The notes beneath the pieces are model-generated. The model was not told the DNA's origin. It ran no database searches and saw only the letters and a list, made by a program, of their open reading frames with translations. This document shows, one piece after another, positions 12,947 through 25,728 of a stretch of 64,000 bases of DNA. Origin of the DNA: Mobula hypostoma (taxonomy: Eukaryota). Within the stretch, counting starts at the first letter, position 1; each line of letters begins with the position of its first letter. The position numbers and the translations under genes were made by a program. The stretch covers positions 22,012,001 to 22,076,000 of the forward strand of contig NC_086109.1 of NCBI RefSeq assembly GCF_963921235.1, in the 5' to 3' direction.

Positions 12947-14392
12947 CAGACATCCTACCTCTCCCAGAAGTTCAGGGAGTCTCCCACATATTGATAGCAC
13001 CTCCCTGACGCCCAGAAATTATATACAATAATCCCGGAAATTGATTTTTTTTTGAGAAAGAGAGGGAGAGGGAGAGCGAGCATCCTGATTGGTCTCTCTT
13101 CGTGCTAAGAGTGGTTCCCAACCACCGGGCTGCGAGGAAACAATATGATTTGGCAATATGAAAGGATATCAGTCAGCTGCACTTTTCTTCACCCTGTCAC
13201 GCACTGTTGAACTTGAACGCACGCGAGGTCATTACACACGTGTCATCCATGTCAGCGCGGGAAGATCAACTCCTCGAGCTTGCAAATGACGGCGGGCTGA
13301 AAAGTATGTTTGACATAACATCTTTGCCGGCATTCTGGATCAAAGTCAAGGCTAAATATCCTGAGATAGCCACGAAAGCACTGAAAACGTTGCCTCCATT
13401 TCCAACATATCTCTGCGAAGCAGGGTTTTCTGCAATGAATGCAACGAAAACAAAATTGCGGAATAGACTGGACATAAGGAACCCCCTTAGTCTTGCAGTC
13501 TCCTATCACCCCTCGATGGCACCATCTTCTTGCAGGAAAACAAGCCCAGGGCTCCCACTGATTCAGCAATATTGGTGTGTTGCAATGATTTTATATGTTC
13601 ATATGAGGAAAATATGCACTGTGTGTTTAATATCCAAACGTTACTTAAAATGTTATGATGCTATGGACTTATAATTGACTTATCACTATATTCATGTGAA
13701 GAAAATATGCACTGTGTTTAATATTAAATTCGTTAGATAAACCCTTTTAGAAACGAAATTGAGTGTATTAGCCACTTCTTATAAGTGACTTATAGTTGAC
13801 TTATCGCCTATATTCTGGTTGTGATTACCCCGCCACCCCTCTGGTCGGCCGGTCCGCAAGAATATTGTCAATATTAAATCGGTCCGCGGTGCAAAAAAGG
13901 TTGGGGACCCCTGCTAAGTAGACCTATCAGTTTTCTCTGTGGGCGGGCTTTACAGTCGACCTCAAAAATAATGACAGTGTTGCTCGCTGCACTGTTTGCA
14001 ACAGTGACTTTTCTATTGCCCATGGTGGGTTAAAATGTAAAAGACATGTTGAGGTGAGTTTAACAGGTGTCATTTATTCATTAGCATAGCAAACGTTATC
14101 TAAACGGGCTGGTTGCTAAGGAGCTACGCTATTGATGTCCTAGGTGATGAGGCCAAACTCCCTGTAGACAGCTTAAAGTTGTAATAGAATAAACATGATA
14201 ATATAATATAAGTACATATTTTAATGTCACATTTTCTGCATATACCCAACTTGGTTTACAGATTAGACAAAATCACTAAACAAAGCATTACATACACCCT
14301 TGGAGGTCGACCGGGGGTGGGGGGGATATGGGGTTGCGGGGGGCGGGGATGCTACCTCCCTGAAATGAGTTTTTTGCAGGGTGGGATGTCTG
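12947..14392 (+). mobile_element. Composite non-autonomous DNA transposon (TIR CAGACATCC, 6-bp TSD catatc) with nested hAT
   Basis: TIRs at both ends; catatc at 12941-46 and 14393-98; homologous inverted copy at 61445-63100. Confidence 0.85.
13110..13913 (+). mobile_element. Charlie/Buster-like hAT derivative encoding the C-terminal dimerization domain
   Basis: TIRs agtggttcccaacc / ggttggggacccctg; FWIKVKAKYPEIATKAL...LCEAGFS...KTKLRNRL. Confidence 0.88.
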
Positions 14393-14626
14393 CATATCCC
14401 TAATTTCGCGCTCTGTTCATGTCTGTCTAAATGCCTCTTAAATGGCTCTCTTGTATCTGGTTGCATCATCTCCCCTGGAAGCATATTCCGGACTTTGTAT
14501 AACACTTTGTATAAAAAGAAACATGCCACATAAATCTTAAACACTCCCCTCTACCTTAAAACTATATTTTCTAGTATTTGACATATTTAAATGGTAAAAG
14601 ATTGCAGCGTGCTGCTGTGCAGAAGG

Positions 14627-15947
14627 ACATAGAAACCTAGAAAATAGGTGCAGGAGTAGGCCATTCGGCCCTTCGAGCCTGCACCACCATTTATTATGAT
14701 CATGGCTGATCATCCAACTCAGAACCCTGCACCAGCCTTCCCTCCATACACTCTGATCCCCCTAGCCACAAGGGCCATATCTAACTCCCTCTTAAATATA
14801 GCCAATGAACTGGCCTTAACTGTTTCCTGTGGCAGAGAATTCCACAGATTCACCACTCTCTGTGTGAAGAAGTTTTTCCTAACCTCAGTCCTAAAAGGCT
14901 TCGCCTTTATCCTCAAACTGTGACCCCTCGTTCTGGACTTCCCCAACATCGGGAACAATCTTCCTGCATCTAGCCTGTCCTATCCCTTTAGGATTTTATA
15001 CGTTTCAATCAGATCCCCCCTCAATCTTCTAAATTCCAATGAGTACAAGCCTAGTTCATCCAGTCTTTCTTCATATGAAAGTCCTGCCATCCCAGGAGTC
15101 AATCTGGTGAACCTTCTTTGTACTTCCGCTATGGCAAGGATGTCTTTCCTCAGATTAGGGGACCAAAACTGCACACAATACTCCAGGTGTAGTCTCACCA
15201 AGGCCTTGTACAACTGCAGTAGTACCTCCCTGCTCCTGTACTCGAATCCTCTCGCTATAAATGCCAGCATACCATTCGCCTTTTTCACCGCCTGCTGTAC
15301 CTGCATGCCCACTTTCAATGACTGGTGTATAATGACACCCAGGTCTTGTTGCACCTCCCCTTTTCCTAATCGGCCACCATTCAGATAATAATCTGTTTTC
15401 CTATTTTTGCCACCAAAGTGGATAACTTCACATTTATCCACATTAAATTGCATCTGCCATGAATTTGCCCACTCACCCAACCTATCCAAGTCACCCTGCA
15501 TCCTCCTCACAGCTAACACTGCTGCCCAGCTTCGTGTCATCCACAAACTTGGAGATGTTGCATTTAATTCCCTCATCCAAGTCATTAATATATATTGTAA
15601 ACAACTGGGGTTCCAGCACTGAGCCTTGCGGTACCCCACTAGGTCACTGCCTGCCATTCTGAAAAGGTCCCGTTTAATCCCACTCTTTGCTTCCTGTCTG
15701 CTAACCAATTCTCTATCCACATCAATATCTTACCCCCAATACCGTGTGCTTTAAGTTTGCACACTAATCTCCTGTGTGGGACCTTGTCAAAAGCCTTTTG
15801 AAAATCCAAAGATACCACATCCACTGGTTCTCCCCTATCCACTCTACTAGTTACATCCTCAAAAAATTCTATGAGATTCGTCAGACATGATTTTCCTTTC
15901 ACAAATCCATGCTGACTTTGTCCGATGATTTCACTGCTTTCCAAATG
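14627..15947 (-). mobile_element. Young CR1 LINE 3' portion
   Basis: ORFs with QHGFVKGKSCLTNL, DFQKAFDKVPH, LEYCVQFWSP; tail repeat at the left end. Confidence 0.95.
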
Positions 15948-16648
15948 TTGGGAGTGCTTGTGCATCGATCACAAAAGGTTGCTTTGCAGGTGCAGCAGGC
16001 TATCAAGGCAAATGGAATTTTGGCCTTCATTGCTAGAGGGATTAAATTTAAGAGCAGGGAGGTTATGCTGTAACTGTAAAAGGGTACTGGTGAGGCTGTA
16101 TTGCGTGCAGTTCTGGTCTCCTTGAGGAAGGATAAGCTGGCTTTGGAGGCAATGCAGAGGAGGTTCACCAGATTAATTCCAGAAATGAGGGGGTTAGACA
16201 ATGAGGAGAGATTGAGTCGCCTGGGACTGTACTTGCTGGAATTCAGAAGGATGAGAAGAGATCTTATTGAAATGTATAAAATTATGAAAGGGGTAGATAA
16301 GATAGAGGCAGGGAAGTTGTTTCTACTGGTAGGTGAGACTAGAACTAGGGGACATAGCCTCAAGACTCGTTGGGGTAAATTTATGATGGAGATGAAGAGG
16401 AACTGCTTTTCCCAACGAGCGGTGAATCTGAAATTCTCTGCCCAATGAAGCAATGGAGTCTACCTCAGTAAGTGGATGTAAGGCAAGGTTGGATAGATTT
16501 TTGCATAGTAGGGAAATTGAGGGTTATGGGGAAAGGTAGGTAGACAGAGATAGTCCATGGTCAGATCAGCCAGGATCTTATTGAATGGCAGAGCAGGCTC
16601 AATGGGCTAAATGGCCTATTGCTGCTCCTATTTCTTATGTTCTTATGT
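15948..16648 (+). mobile_element. CR1 3' fragment (5' stub at 14588-14626, split by the minus-strand CR1)
   Basis: QRRFTRLIPEMRGL...RTRGHSLK; sequence is continuous across the insertion. Confidence 0.88.
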
Positions 16649-16689
16649 AAATTCATGTATTATAAAACAAATCATGTTACTGTATAACC

Positions 16690-17146
16690 TAGAAATCTGC
16701 AGCACATTACAAGCCCTTTGGCCCACAATGTTGTGCCAACCATGTAACCTCTATAGAAGCTGCTAGATTTACCCCACCACATAGCCCTCTATTTTTCTAA
16801 GCTCCATGTACCTATCTGAGTCTTTTATTTTAAAAAAACCCTATTGTATCCGCCTCCCACCATCGTCGCTGGCAGTGCATTCCACGTACCCACTACTCTG
16901 TGTGGAAATTCATACCACTAGCGTCCCCTCTGCCTGCTTCCAAGCACCTTAAAACTATGCCCCCTTGGGTTAGCCATTTCAGCCCTGGGAAAAAGCCTCT
17001 GGCTATCCACAGGATCAATGCCTGTCATCATCTTGTACACCTCTATCAGGTCACTTCACCGCCGCCGTTCCAAGAAGAAAAGGCCAAGTTCACGCAACAT
17101 ATTCTCATAAGGCACGCTCTCCAATCCAGGCAACGTCCTTGTAAAT
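16690..17146 (-). mobile_element. CR1 3' fragment
   Basis: Reverse-strand CR1 tail and C-terminal ORF2 remnant. Confidence 0.75.
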
Positions 17147-17296
17147 CATGCATGAATGTATACCTTGTGATACTCTGCATTGTTGTTGTATTGGATTATG
17201 AATGATCATTATTGTATATGGGGTCGGCAGGTTATATTAATGCAATTACATAATTTATTTCATACCTCTGAAATGACTTTGTTCCTTTTACTTTAG

Positions 17297-17440
17297 GGAC
17301 ATGACCTACAATCAGCTGACTCGTTTAGATGAGTCTACATTTACGGGCTTGAAATTGCTTGAGAATTTGTACATGGGAGACAACAGAGTGAGTTACATCG
17401 CTGATGGAGTTTTTAGTGGCCTGTCTAACCTGCTCACACT
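17297..17440 (+). CDS. LRIG2: LRIG2 exon, 2 LRRs: DMTYNQLTRLDESTFTGLKLLENLYMGDNRVSYIADGVFSGLSNLLTL
   Basis: ctttag/gtaagt; 144 nt. Confidence 0.95.
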
Positions 17441-19293
17441 GTAAGTATGTTGAATAAATGAGGTTGTTCCGTAAAGTAACAAAAGCAGATTAAAGGAACA
17501 AAAATGTGTAATTTACTTCACATCCCTTATACTACTAATTGAAACTTATCTGTAAGTCTTGTCGGTGAGCATGATGCAGATCTAAACCTGCAGCAGACGT
17601 GGAATGAGTCACGTCTTCTATCTCAAAGTCATTATCCATGACTACAATGGACTGTACAGCTGTGCTTACTGGAGATTTTGTTACACATGTAAGCCATTGA
17701 TGAAGATTTCTGTAAACTTGTTTTTTAAGTATTCCATTGTACTGAAATGCAAAGGTTTCACTTTTTGTATCCAGTGTGCATTTTCTTTGTACTTGTATTA
17801 TTGGTGAAAACTACAGAAGATGGCAAGTCCTTATAGATTTGACTGTCAATATCCATTTAGCTGAGATTTGCAAGTAGTTCTTTAAATACTTATGGAAAAG
17901 AAATTGTTTCTAAGTTGTATTAAGAATGAAATTGACAAACGTCAGATTAAAAGTCAAGCCAGAGTTTACTGTGGAATGTGTATCATTATATTCCAAATTA
18001 GTCCCTCTCCCGTTCCCATTCTGCACCTAAGGAGGTTGTGACAACCTGAATTACTGCAATGAACTAAATGAAATTGCAAAGGAGTTCCAAATTAAATGGA
18101 ATGGGTTTACGCGATGTGGATTTTTTGGTCCTTGGTTTAACCTTTAGTAGATAAGGGATTGCAGTTCATCTAGATTGGTTCAAAGTAGCATAAAGCAGAA
18201 AGGATCCACATTAAATTGTTGTTTGTCCCCTGGGGGAGGGATGAAAAAGGAAATGGCTGGTTTCTTCAGTTTGGGGTCGGCAACCATATTCACATTCCAA
18301 GGCATTACTGATTAACAAGGCTCCAGCTTTTGATGCCTGAGTGGAGCTGTGTGGAGAAAACTTAATTGATCAGGGCAAAGGCAAAAGGGTGGAAACATCT
18401 TTCGTCAAAATGAAGTTGGAAGTAATGCTTAGTGGAATTGTTTATTATTTAAGCTTCTGAATGAATTTTGCAGTTTGCCTCTAATTAGTTTCCTCAGAAT
18501 TTAGAAACTTGTTTCAAATGTTCTCCTTAAAGGCACAATCTTTGTCACTAACTAGCAAGGTAAAGTGGTGGAGTATATCAGTACTTTGGCCTCTGAACAT
18601 TGTGGTTCTATTCTTGTATTCTTGAGCTGTGTGGGCTAGTGGAAATTAGCATTCACACCAGAATGCTGTTGCAAACTGCCATTAACAAACGTTGAAGACC
18701 GCATTACACATTTGCTAACTGAATAATGCATAATGTTTACAGAATTTGAACAGATTTAAAGCTGGAGGGGAAACATTCAATGTTTCCATCTGGAAGTCAT
18801 CACCTTCTATAAATTCAGACTATAAGAATATCTAGTGAAAAAATAACAAGTATTTACCCAACTGTGAGTTTTACAAAAAGTCTTCAGGTTCTTGGATTTT
18901 TGTTAATTACATCTATCAAGAAGGTCATCTTACTTCAAAGTTTTCTTTCATAACTTGAAGTCAATATTGAGCGCAGTTAAAAACTGAGCAAAAGTACTGC
19001 TGGTGCACATGGGGAAAATAGTCAGCACTCTTCTGTTGAAAGTTTGCGACCTAAAATGTTAAGCTTTTATTTTGCCCAATCTCCATTGTGGTGCTTCCTC
19101 CTTTGTTACAGGTGGTCAACTAAAATATGGTGTGCTCTATTCAGATCACTATCTGATACACATTGTACCTTTTGTATGGGCTGTAATGGTGCTTTACGGT
19201 CTCAAAGCAGTGTTCTTGTATGGGTGGTAAACTGAACTTGCTTTTTCCTTACACTGTTTGTAAAATTCATTAACAGCAGGTTTCTTTCTGTAG

Positions 19294-19374
19294 TGATCTA
19301 AGGAATAACGAAATCTCATGGGCAATTGAGGATTCAAATGGTGCTTTCAGTGGATTAGAGAAGCTGCAAAAATT
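19294..19374 (+). CDS. LRIG2: LRIG2 exon, LRR: DLRNNEISWAIEDSNGAFSGLEKLQKL
   Basis: ctgtag/gtatgt; 81 nt; LRIG-family NEISWAIED motif. Confidence 0.95.
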
Positions 19375-20189
19375 GTATGTATATTGTGACTCAAGTTTGT
19401 GTATTGCTTTTCCATTGAGCATTTTTGTGCCTGCCCTTTTCACTTTCTCCCTTGCCAACTTGAATTCAGCCACAAACCTAAGATTGCAGTGATTTTTAAA
19501 GTTGATCCATGTTTTAACTACTTTTCTTCCAACACCCTTACCTGCTGCAATTTATTCATGATATTGCTCATATTAAATGGGCTAATTTGCTATTTAACAT
19601 TTTACTGAACTGTTTAGTCTGATTTTAAGAGGTGCAGTATATAATTTCTAGTCTAGGTTATAAGTATCTAATTTGGCTAGTTCCTCCAGGCTAAAGGTCC
19701 TTGTCAGTAGACATACCTGAGGTTTAACAATGGCTTCAGTGCTATGCTAAGAAGATAAATTGAAGATGTTTTCTACTGCAGTTTAAGACCCAAAGTTACG
19801 ATCTAATCCCTTGTGTAGCGGATATTTTGTTGTGAATTACAAGTGCCCTTCAGAAGTTTTGAGGCTGCTTATGCTTAGTTTGTACACATGCATATTACAG
19901 CAACATTCACTTGTTCGAGATCGTCATCAGATTCTCAAGCACAAATCAATTATGACAACCAACCTTGATGCTCTGACTAGGGCATAGATTTTGGCAAGTA
20001 ACAAATAGTCTGTTCATTGTTGATATCTTTCTGTCTATTAGATTAGGGAATAGATAGCTTTCTCCAATCTCACTATCCTGCTTTTGTTAGAACCTATTAT
20101 GGAGCTTTTTATAATGGATGCAGACAACATGTAGATGGCTTTTGTGGTGCACACTGTTGACTGTCACATGTCTCTTTGCTTCTTTATAG

Positions 20190-20261
20190 GATTCTGCAGG
20201 GAAGCAAAATAACTTCCATCACAAATAGAGCATTTTCTGGACTAGTAGCCCTTGAATACCT
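20190..20261 (+). CDS. LRIG2: LRIG2 exon, LRR: ILQGSKITSITNRAFSGLVALEYL
   Basis: ttatag/gtaagt; 72 nt. Confidence 0.93.
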
Positions 20262-20272
20262 GTAAGTATAAA

Positions 20273-21928
20273 TATAACCATATAACAATTACAGCACGGA
20301 AACAGGCCCTCTCGGCCCTTCTAGTCCGTGCCGAACTCTTACTCTCACCTAGTCCCACCGACCCGCACTCAGCCCATAACCCTCCATTCCTTTCCTGTCC
20401 ATATATCTATCCAATTTAACTTTAAACGACATTGTCGAACCTGCCTCAGCCACTTCTGCTGGAAGCTTGTTCCACACAGCTACCACTCTCTGAGTGAAGA
20501 AGTTCCCCCTCATGTTACCCCTAAACTTTTGCCCTTTAACTCTCAACTCATGTCCTCTTGTTTGAATCTCCCCCATTCTCAATGGAAAAAGCCTATCCAC
20601 GTCAACTCTATCAATCTCCCTCATAATTTTAAACACCTCTATCAAGTCCCCCCCAACCTTCTACGCTCCAAAGAATAAAGACCTAACTTATTCAACCTTT
20701 CTCTGTAACTTAGGAGATGAAACCCAGGCAACATTTTAGTAAACCTCCTCTGTACTCTCTCAGTTTTATTGACATCTTTCCTATAATTCGGTGACCAGAA
20801 CTGAACACAATACTCCAAATTTGGCCTTACCAATGCCTTATACAATTTCAACATTACATCCCAACTCTTATACTCAATGCTCGGATTAATAAAGGCCAGC
20901 ACACCAAAAGCTTTCTTCACCACCCTATCCACATGAGTTTCCATCTTCAGGGAACTATGCACCATTATTCCTAGATCCCTCTGTTCTACAGCATTCTTCA
21001 ATGCCCTACCATTTACCATGTATGTCCTATTTTGATTAGTCCTACCAAAATGTAGATCCTCACATTTTTTCAGCATTAAACTCCATCTGCCATCTTTCAG
21101 CCCACTCTTCTAACTGGCCTAAATCTCTCTGCAAGCTTTGAAAGCCTACTACATTATCCACAACGCCACCTATCTTAGTATCATCTGCATACTTACTAAT
21201 CCAATTTACCACCCCATCATCCAGATCATTAATATATATGACAAACAACATTGGACCCAGTACAGACCCCTGAGGCACACCACTACACGCCCTCCTCCAA
21301 TCTGACACACAGTTATCCACCACTACTCTCTGGCATCTCCCATCTAGCCACTGCTGAATCCATTTTACTACTTCGATATTAATGCCTAACGATTGAACCT
21401 TCCTAAGTAATCTTCTGTGAGGAACCTTGTCAAAGGCCTTACTGAAGTCCATATAGACAACATCCACCGCTTTACCCTCGTCAACTTTCTTAGTAACCTC
21501 ATCAAAAAATTCAGTAAGATTCGTCAAACATGACCTTCCACGCACAAATCCATGTTGATTGTTCCTAATCAGACCCTGTCTATCCAGATAATTATATATA
21601 CCATCTCTAAGAATACTTTCCATCAATTTACCCACCACTGACATCAAACTCACAGGCTGATAATTGCTAGGTTTACTCTTAGAACCCTTTTTAAACAATG
21701 GAACCACATGAGCAATACACCAATCCTCTGGCACCATCCCCATTTCTAGTGCCCCTGCTATTTCCACACTAACTTCCCCCAAGGTCCTAGGGAATATCTT
21801 GTCCGGACCCAGAGACTTATCCACTTTTATATTCCTTAAAAGCGCCAGTACTTCCTCTTCTTTAATCGTCATACTTTCCATAACTACCCTTCTTGTTTCC
21901 TTTACCTTACACAATTCAATATCCTTCA
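20273..21928 (-). mobile_element. CR1 LINE with RT domain
   Basis: ORF 21060..21929 with [28 protein letters not shown]; downstream ORFs frameshifted. Confidence 0.96.
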
Positions 21929-22404
21929 ATATCTAAATACACTTCAATTCCTTGAATGATCTCAAATTGCCGCACAAATTAGAATGAGATTATAAATACG
22001 TGTTGTATTTAGCATATTCTATTTCCATTTACCAAGTAGTCTACAACTCAGGATTGTATGTTGGTGTTAGTTTCCTCTTTATTGCAGTCTGCACTCTATG
22101 ATATAGGGCCCTGAAATAAGTGTTGGTTGGAAATAACAACAGTGCATACATGGGGAGAGATTTGGTCACAGGAAGCTTCCCTATTTCAACTGTATATAGT
22201 GTGTGTATGGTTTTAAACACCAGAGATTAGACAAGGGTTGCACAGTGAGCAGAGCTGTTCGCTCAACTCCAGTGACAAAGGTTTAGTCCTGATCTCTTGA
22301 GAAAGTGTCTTTTCTGTGAAAGTCTGAATATTCTTGACATTGCATGGCTTTCCACTGGATGTTCCGGCTTCCTTCCACGTAGCAAAATGTGCTAGTTAGT
22401 AGCT

Positions 22405-23232
22405 CATAGAACCATAGAACATTTCAGCACAGAAACAGGCCTTTTGGCCCTTCTTGGCTGTGCCAAACCATTTTTCTGCCTAGTCCCACTGACCTGCACC
22501 TGGACCATATCCCTCCATACACCTCTCACCCATGTACCTGTCCAAGTTTTTAAATGTTAAAAGTGAGCCCACATTTACCACTTCATCTGGCAGCTCATTC
22601 CACACTCCCACCACTCTCGGTGTGAAGAAGCCTCCCCCCCAATGTTCCCTTTAAACTTTTCCTTTTCACCTTTAACCCATGTCCTCTTTTTTTTTCTCTC
22701 CTCTAGCCTCAGTGGGAAAAGCCTGCTTGCATTCACTCTATCTATACACATCATAATTTTATATACCTCTTATCAAATCTCCACTCATTCTTCTACGCTC
22801 CAGGGAATAAAGTCCTAACCTATTCAACCTTTCTCTGTAACTCCTTTTCTCAAGTCTCAGCAACATCCTTGTAAGTCTTCCCTGCACTCTTTCAACCTTA
22901 TTAATATCCTTCCTGTAATTTGGTGACCAAAACTGTACATAATACTCCAAATTCGGCCTCACCAATGCCTTATGCAACCTCACCATAACTTTCCAACTCT
23001 TCTACTCAATACTTTGATTTATAAAGACCAATGTACCAAAAACTCTGTTTATGACACTATCTACCTGTGACGCCACTTTTAGGGAATTTTGTATCTGTAT
23101 TCCCAGATCCCTCTGTTCTACTGCACTCCTCAGTGCCCTACCATTTACCTTGTATATTCTACTTTGGTTTGTCCTTCCAAAGTGCAATACCTCTCACACT
23201 TGTCTGAATTAAACTCCATCTGCCATTTTTCA
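22405..23232 (-). mobile_element. CR1 3' fragment
   Basis: LVRPNLEYYVQFWSP and tail repeat. Confidence 0.9.
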
Positions 23233-23657
23233 TTTGGCCACTATAAGTTGTCCCTAATGTGTGGGTGAGTTTATGAGAATATGCATAGAGAATCAAATGG
23301 AATTAGTGTGATTGGGTGCAGGATATTCAGGAAAACTTGGTGGGTAAAAAGCCTTGTTTCCATGCTGTATAATTCATTGACTGTATTTTGTCAAAATCTC
23401 TACTTTATAAACTATTCTTTGGTCATTTGGGTAAAATGTGCATTTGTTCATATGGACAGGTACAAACTATTTCAAAAAGATGTGTTCGCTATCCTAGCTA
23501 AACTACTTACCCTCATTCTTTTTTGTTTTTGGAATCTGATATGTCATTGAATTTACTCTCATTAGTGTGAGAGATACTTTGATATGTTAATATGCTGTGC
23601 AATTATTTCCATTCCTTTTACTTTCTACTTACACAAATTTTATTATCTTCCTTTCAG

Positions 23658-23726
23658 AGATCTGAGCAATAATGCCATTATGTCAATTCAAGGAAATGCT
23701 TTTTCCCAAATGAAACTTAAAGAGCT
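23658..23726 (+). CDS. LRIG2: LRIG2 exon, LRR: DLSNNAIMSIQGNAFSQMKLKEL
   Basis: tttcag/gtgagt; 69 nt. Confidence 0.94.
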
Positions 23727-25564
23727 GTGAGTATTTAAAAATATTCCAGCCAGTTAATACTGTTCATTTAATTAAAAAGCCTCTTTCTGATTAAACTTTG
23801 TCTCAGTCATGTGCAAAGCCTTCACATAGACCTCTGTTTGATAGTTGCCAATGAATACAGGATGGTGGCAATGGGTTGGAGGTGGGTTGTGTTAGGGAAA
23901 GAATGATGGGCATTCTCTATCCATATCAAAAATTGATGGTCATTTTGATAACCCAGGATACTTTGAAAGAGTGCATGAGTGATGTAATGTGAAGTGATAT
24001 TCAAGTAAGCAAAAGAAAATCTACCTTTTGTATATCGTAGCAGGGTTTTTTTTTTGTTCCGCTCTGTGCCTTGAAGCGTATCAGGCCGCAATCTTGCCGT
24101 TTCATTAGTATTTGTTTTTTGCAAGGCCAAGTTGCTAGCTTGACGCTCAACCCAGTGTGAATGGAAAGCGTACAAGAAGCCGGCCAGACTCAAGCACAGG
24201 ACCATTTGCCTTAAAGTCCAATGCAAATGCAAATGCCACTATGCCACTTGCCAGCTAATCATAGCAGCTACTGTGACGCTATTACTGTTTAGCGCATCGG
24301 AGTTTGGAGTTCAATTCCGATGCTGTTTATAAGAAGTTTGTACATCTTTCCCATGAGTGCGTGAGTTTCCTCGCACATTTCAAAATCGTACCAATTAGCA
24401 AATCAATTGGTCATTCTAAATTTACATATGATTGGGCCAGGATTAAATGGGTAGGTCGCTGGGCGGTGTGGCTTGTTTGCTGGGAGGCCCTGTTCCATGC
24501 TGTATCTCTAAAAGTAATTTCTTTTAAAATCCTGGGATTTAGATAACATAATTGAATTGCTAATGTTTAATAATAAAGGTGCCTTTGAGATTGGAGACAG
24601 ATGATGTTTTTGAGGTGGTATTATATAAAATAAACCGTACAATTAGCAAATCTGAGATAAAGTGACAGCTGTGCAAATGCACTATTTCAAGGCATTGGTT
24701 ACTTTGTCAACAGGATTTGTTGGATAAACATAACTGTATAACTATTTTGAGTTTTAATCAGTTCCATACACAGAATAAAAGGAAGTCATTCAGCTCCCTG
24801 AGCCTATAATGCTGTCTTTTAAGACATGGCTGATCTATATCTTATCTTTGTTTACCTGCCTTGCTGCTACATCCCTTAATGTTCTTGCCCAATAAAAATA
24901 CAAATCATTAGTTCCAATCTTTTGAAATGGATGGGATATGGGCCCCATCTTGTCTTGAAGGATTTCTGTCGGTTAAAAGGCTTAAGTCACAACCTTTTGA
25001 AAAGGATGACCTAGAACCTATCTTGTTATTTATGCTACGTGTTTGGGAAATGATTGGTTTGTATGTAGGTGATACATGGTTCACATGCACAGTGTTACTG
25101 CAACTAAATTGATACATAAATGCTAACCTGGTTGCTGTTAGCCCACCTCCCATCTGAATGGGGTATTAACTTAAAGTGATCATGTACTTCCATTGACCTT
25201 TCTGGGTGAATGTTTTTACTTTTAATAGTGGGTGTTCTATATATTCACTGCTGATAACTGATTTTCTATGTTTATATGCTGCCATTTAGCCTTTTGTATA
25301 GCATTTGTTTTGAGTTTGTCTGAGCTTTGGAATGCCACTTGTATAGCATTCAATGTTTCCCTTGTACAACAGCCCCCAGCTAAGATGAATGGGATACAAT
25401 TCCTGGAAAAAAAAACTGTGGTTTTGGCTGTCATAGCATTGTCTGTACTTGATTCCTTGGAGCTCTTTACCTAGAGATGCTTGCTGCAATTCACTGAAAG
25501 TAATAATTTAAAGTTATGCTTTTCAAAGATATTGAAAAGGATGGTTTTAATTTATTCTCCACAG

Positions 25565-25728
25565 AGTTCTAAACACATCCAGTCTTTTGTGTGATTGCCA
25601 GTTGAAGTGGTTGCCTCAGTTTCTAATGGAAAAACAGTTTCAGCACATGGTTACTGCCAAGTGTGCTCATCCTGTGTGGCTGGCAGGAAAAAGCATCTTT
25701 AGTGTTGATGCAGAGGACTACATATGTG
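25565..25728 (+). CDS. LRIG2: LRIG2 exon, LRRCT: VLNTSSLLCDCQLKWLPQF...CAHPVWLAGKSIFSVDAEDYIC
   Basis: ccacag/gtttgt; 164 nt, phase 2-1; LRRCT CDC...C...C pattern. Confidence 0.94.

Noticed and set aside
13207..13674. ZBED/Buster-like ORF as a domesticated gene
   Set aside because: Only the dimerization fragment, enclosed by TIRs, duplicated at 62478-62846 and frameshifted
21060..21929. 289-aa reverse transcriptase ORF as a host gene
   Set aside because: 5'-truncated CR1 with frameshifts downstream; no sign of domestication
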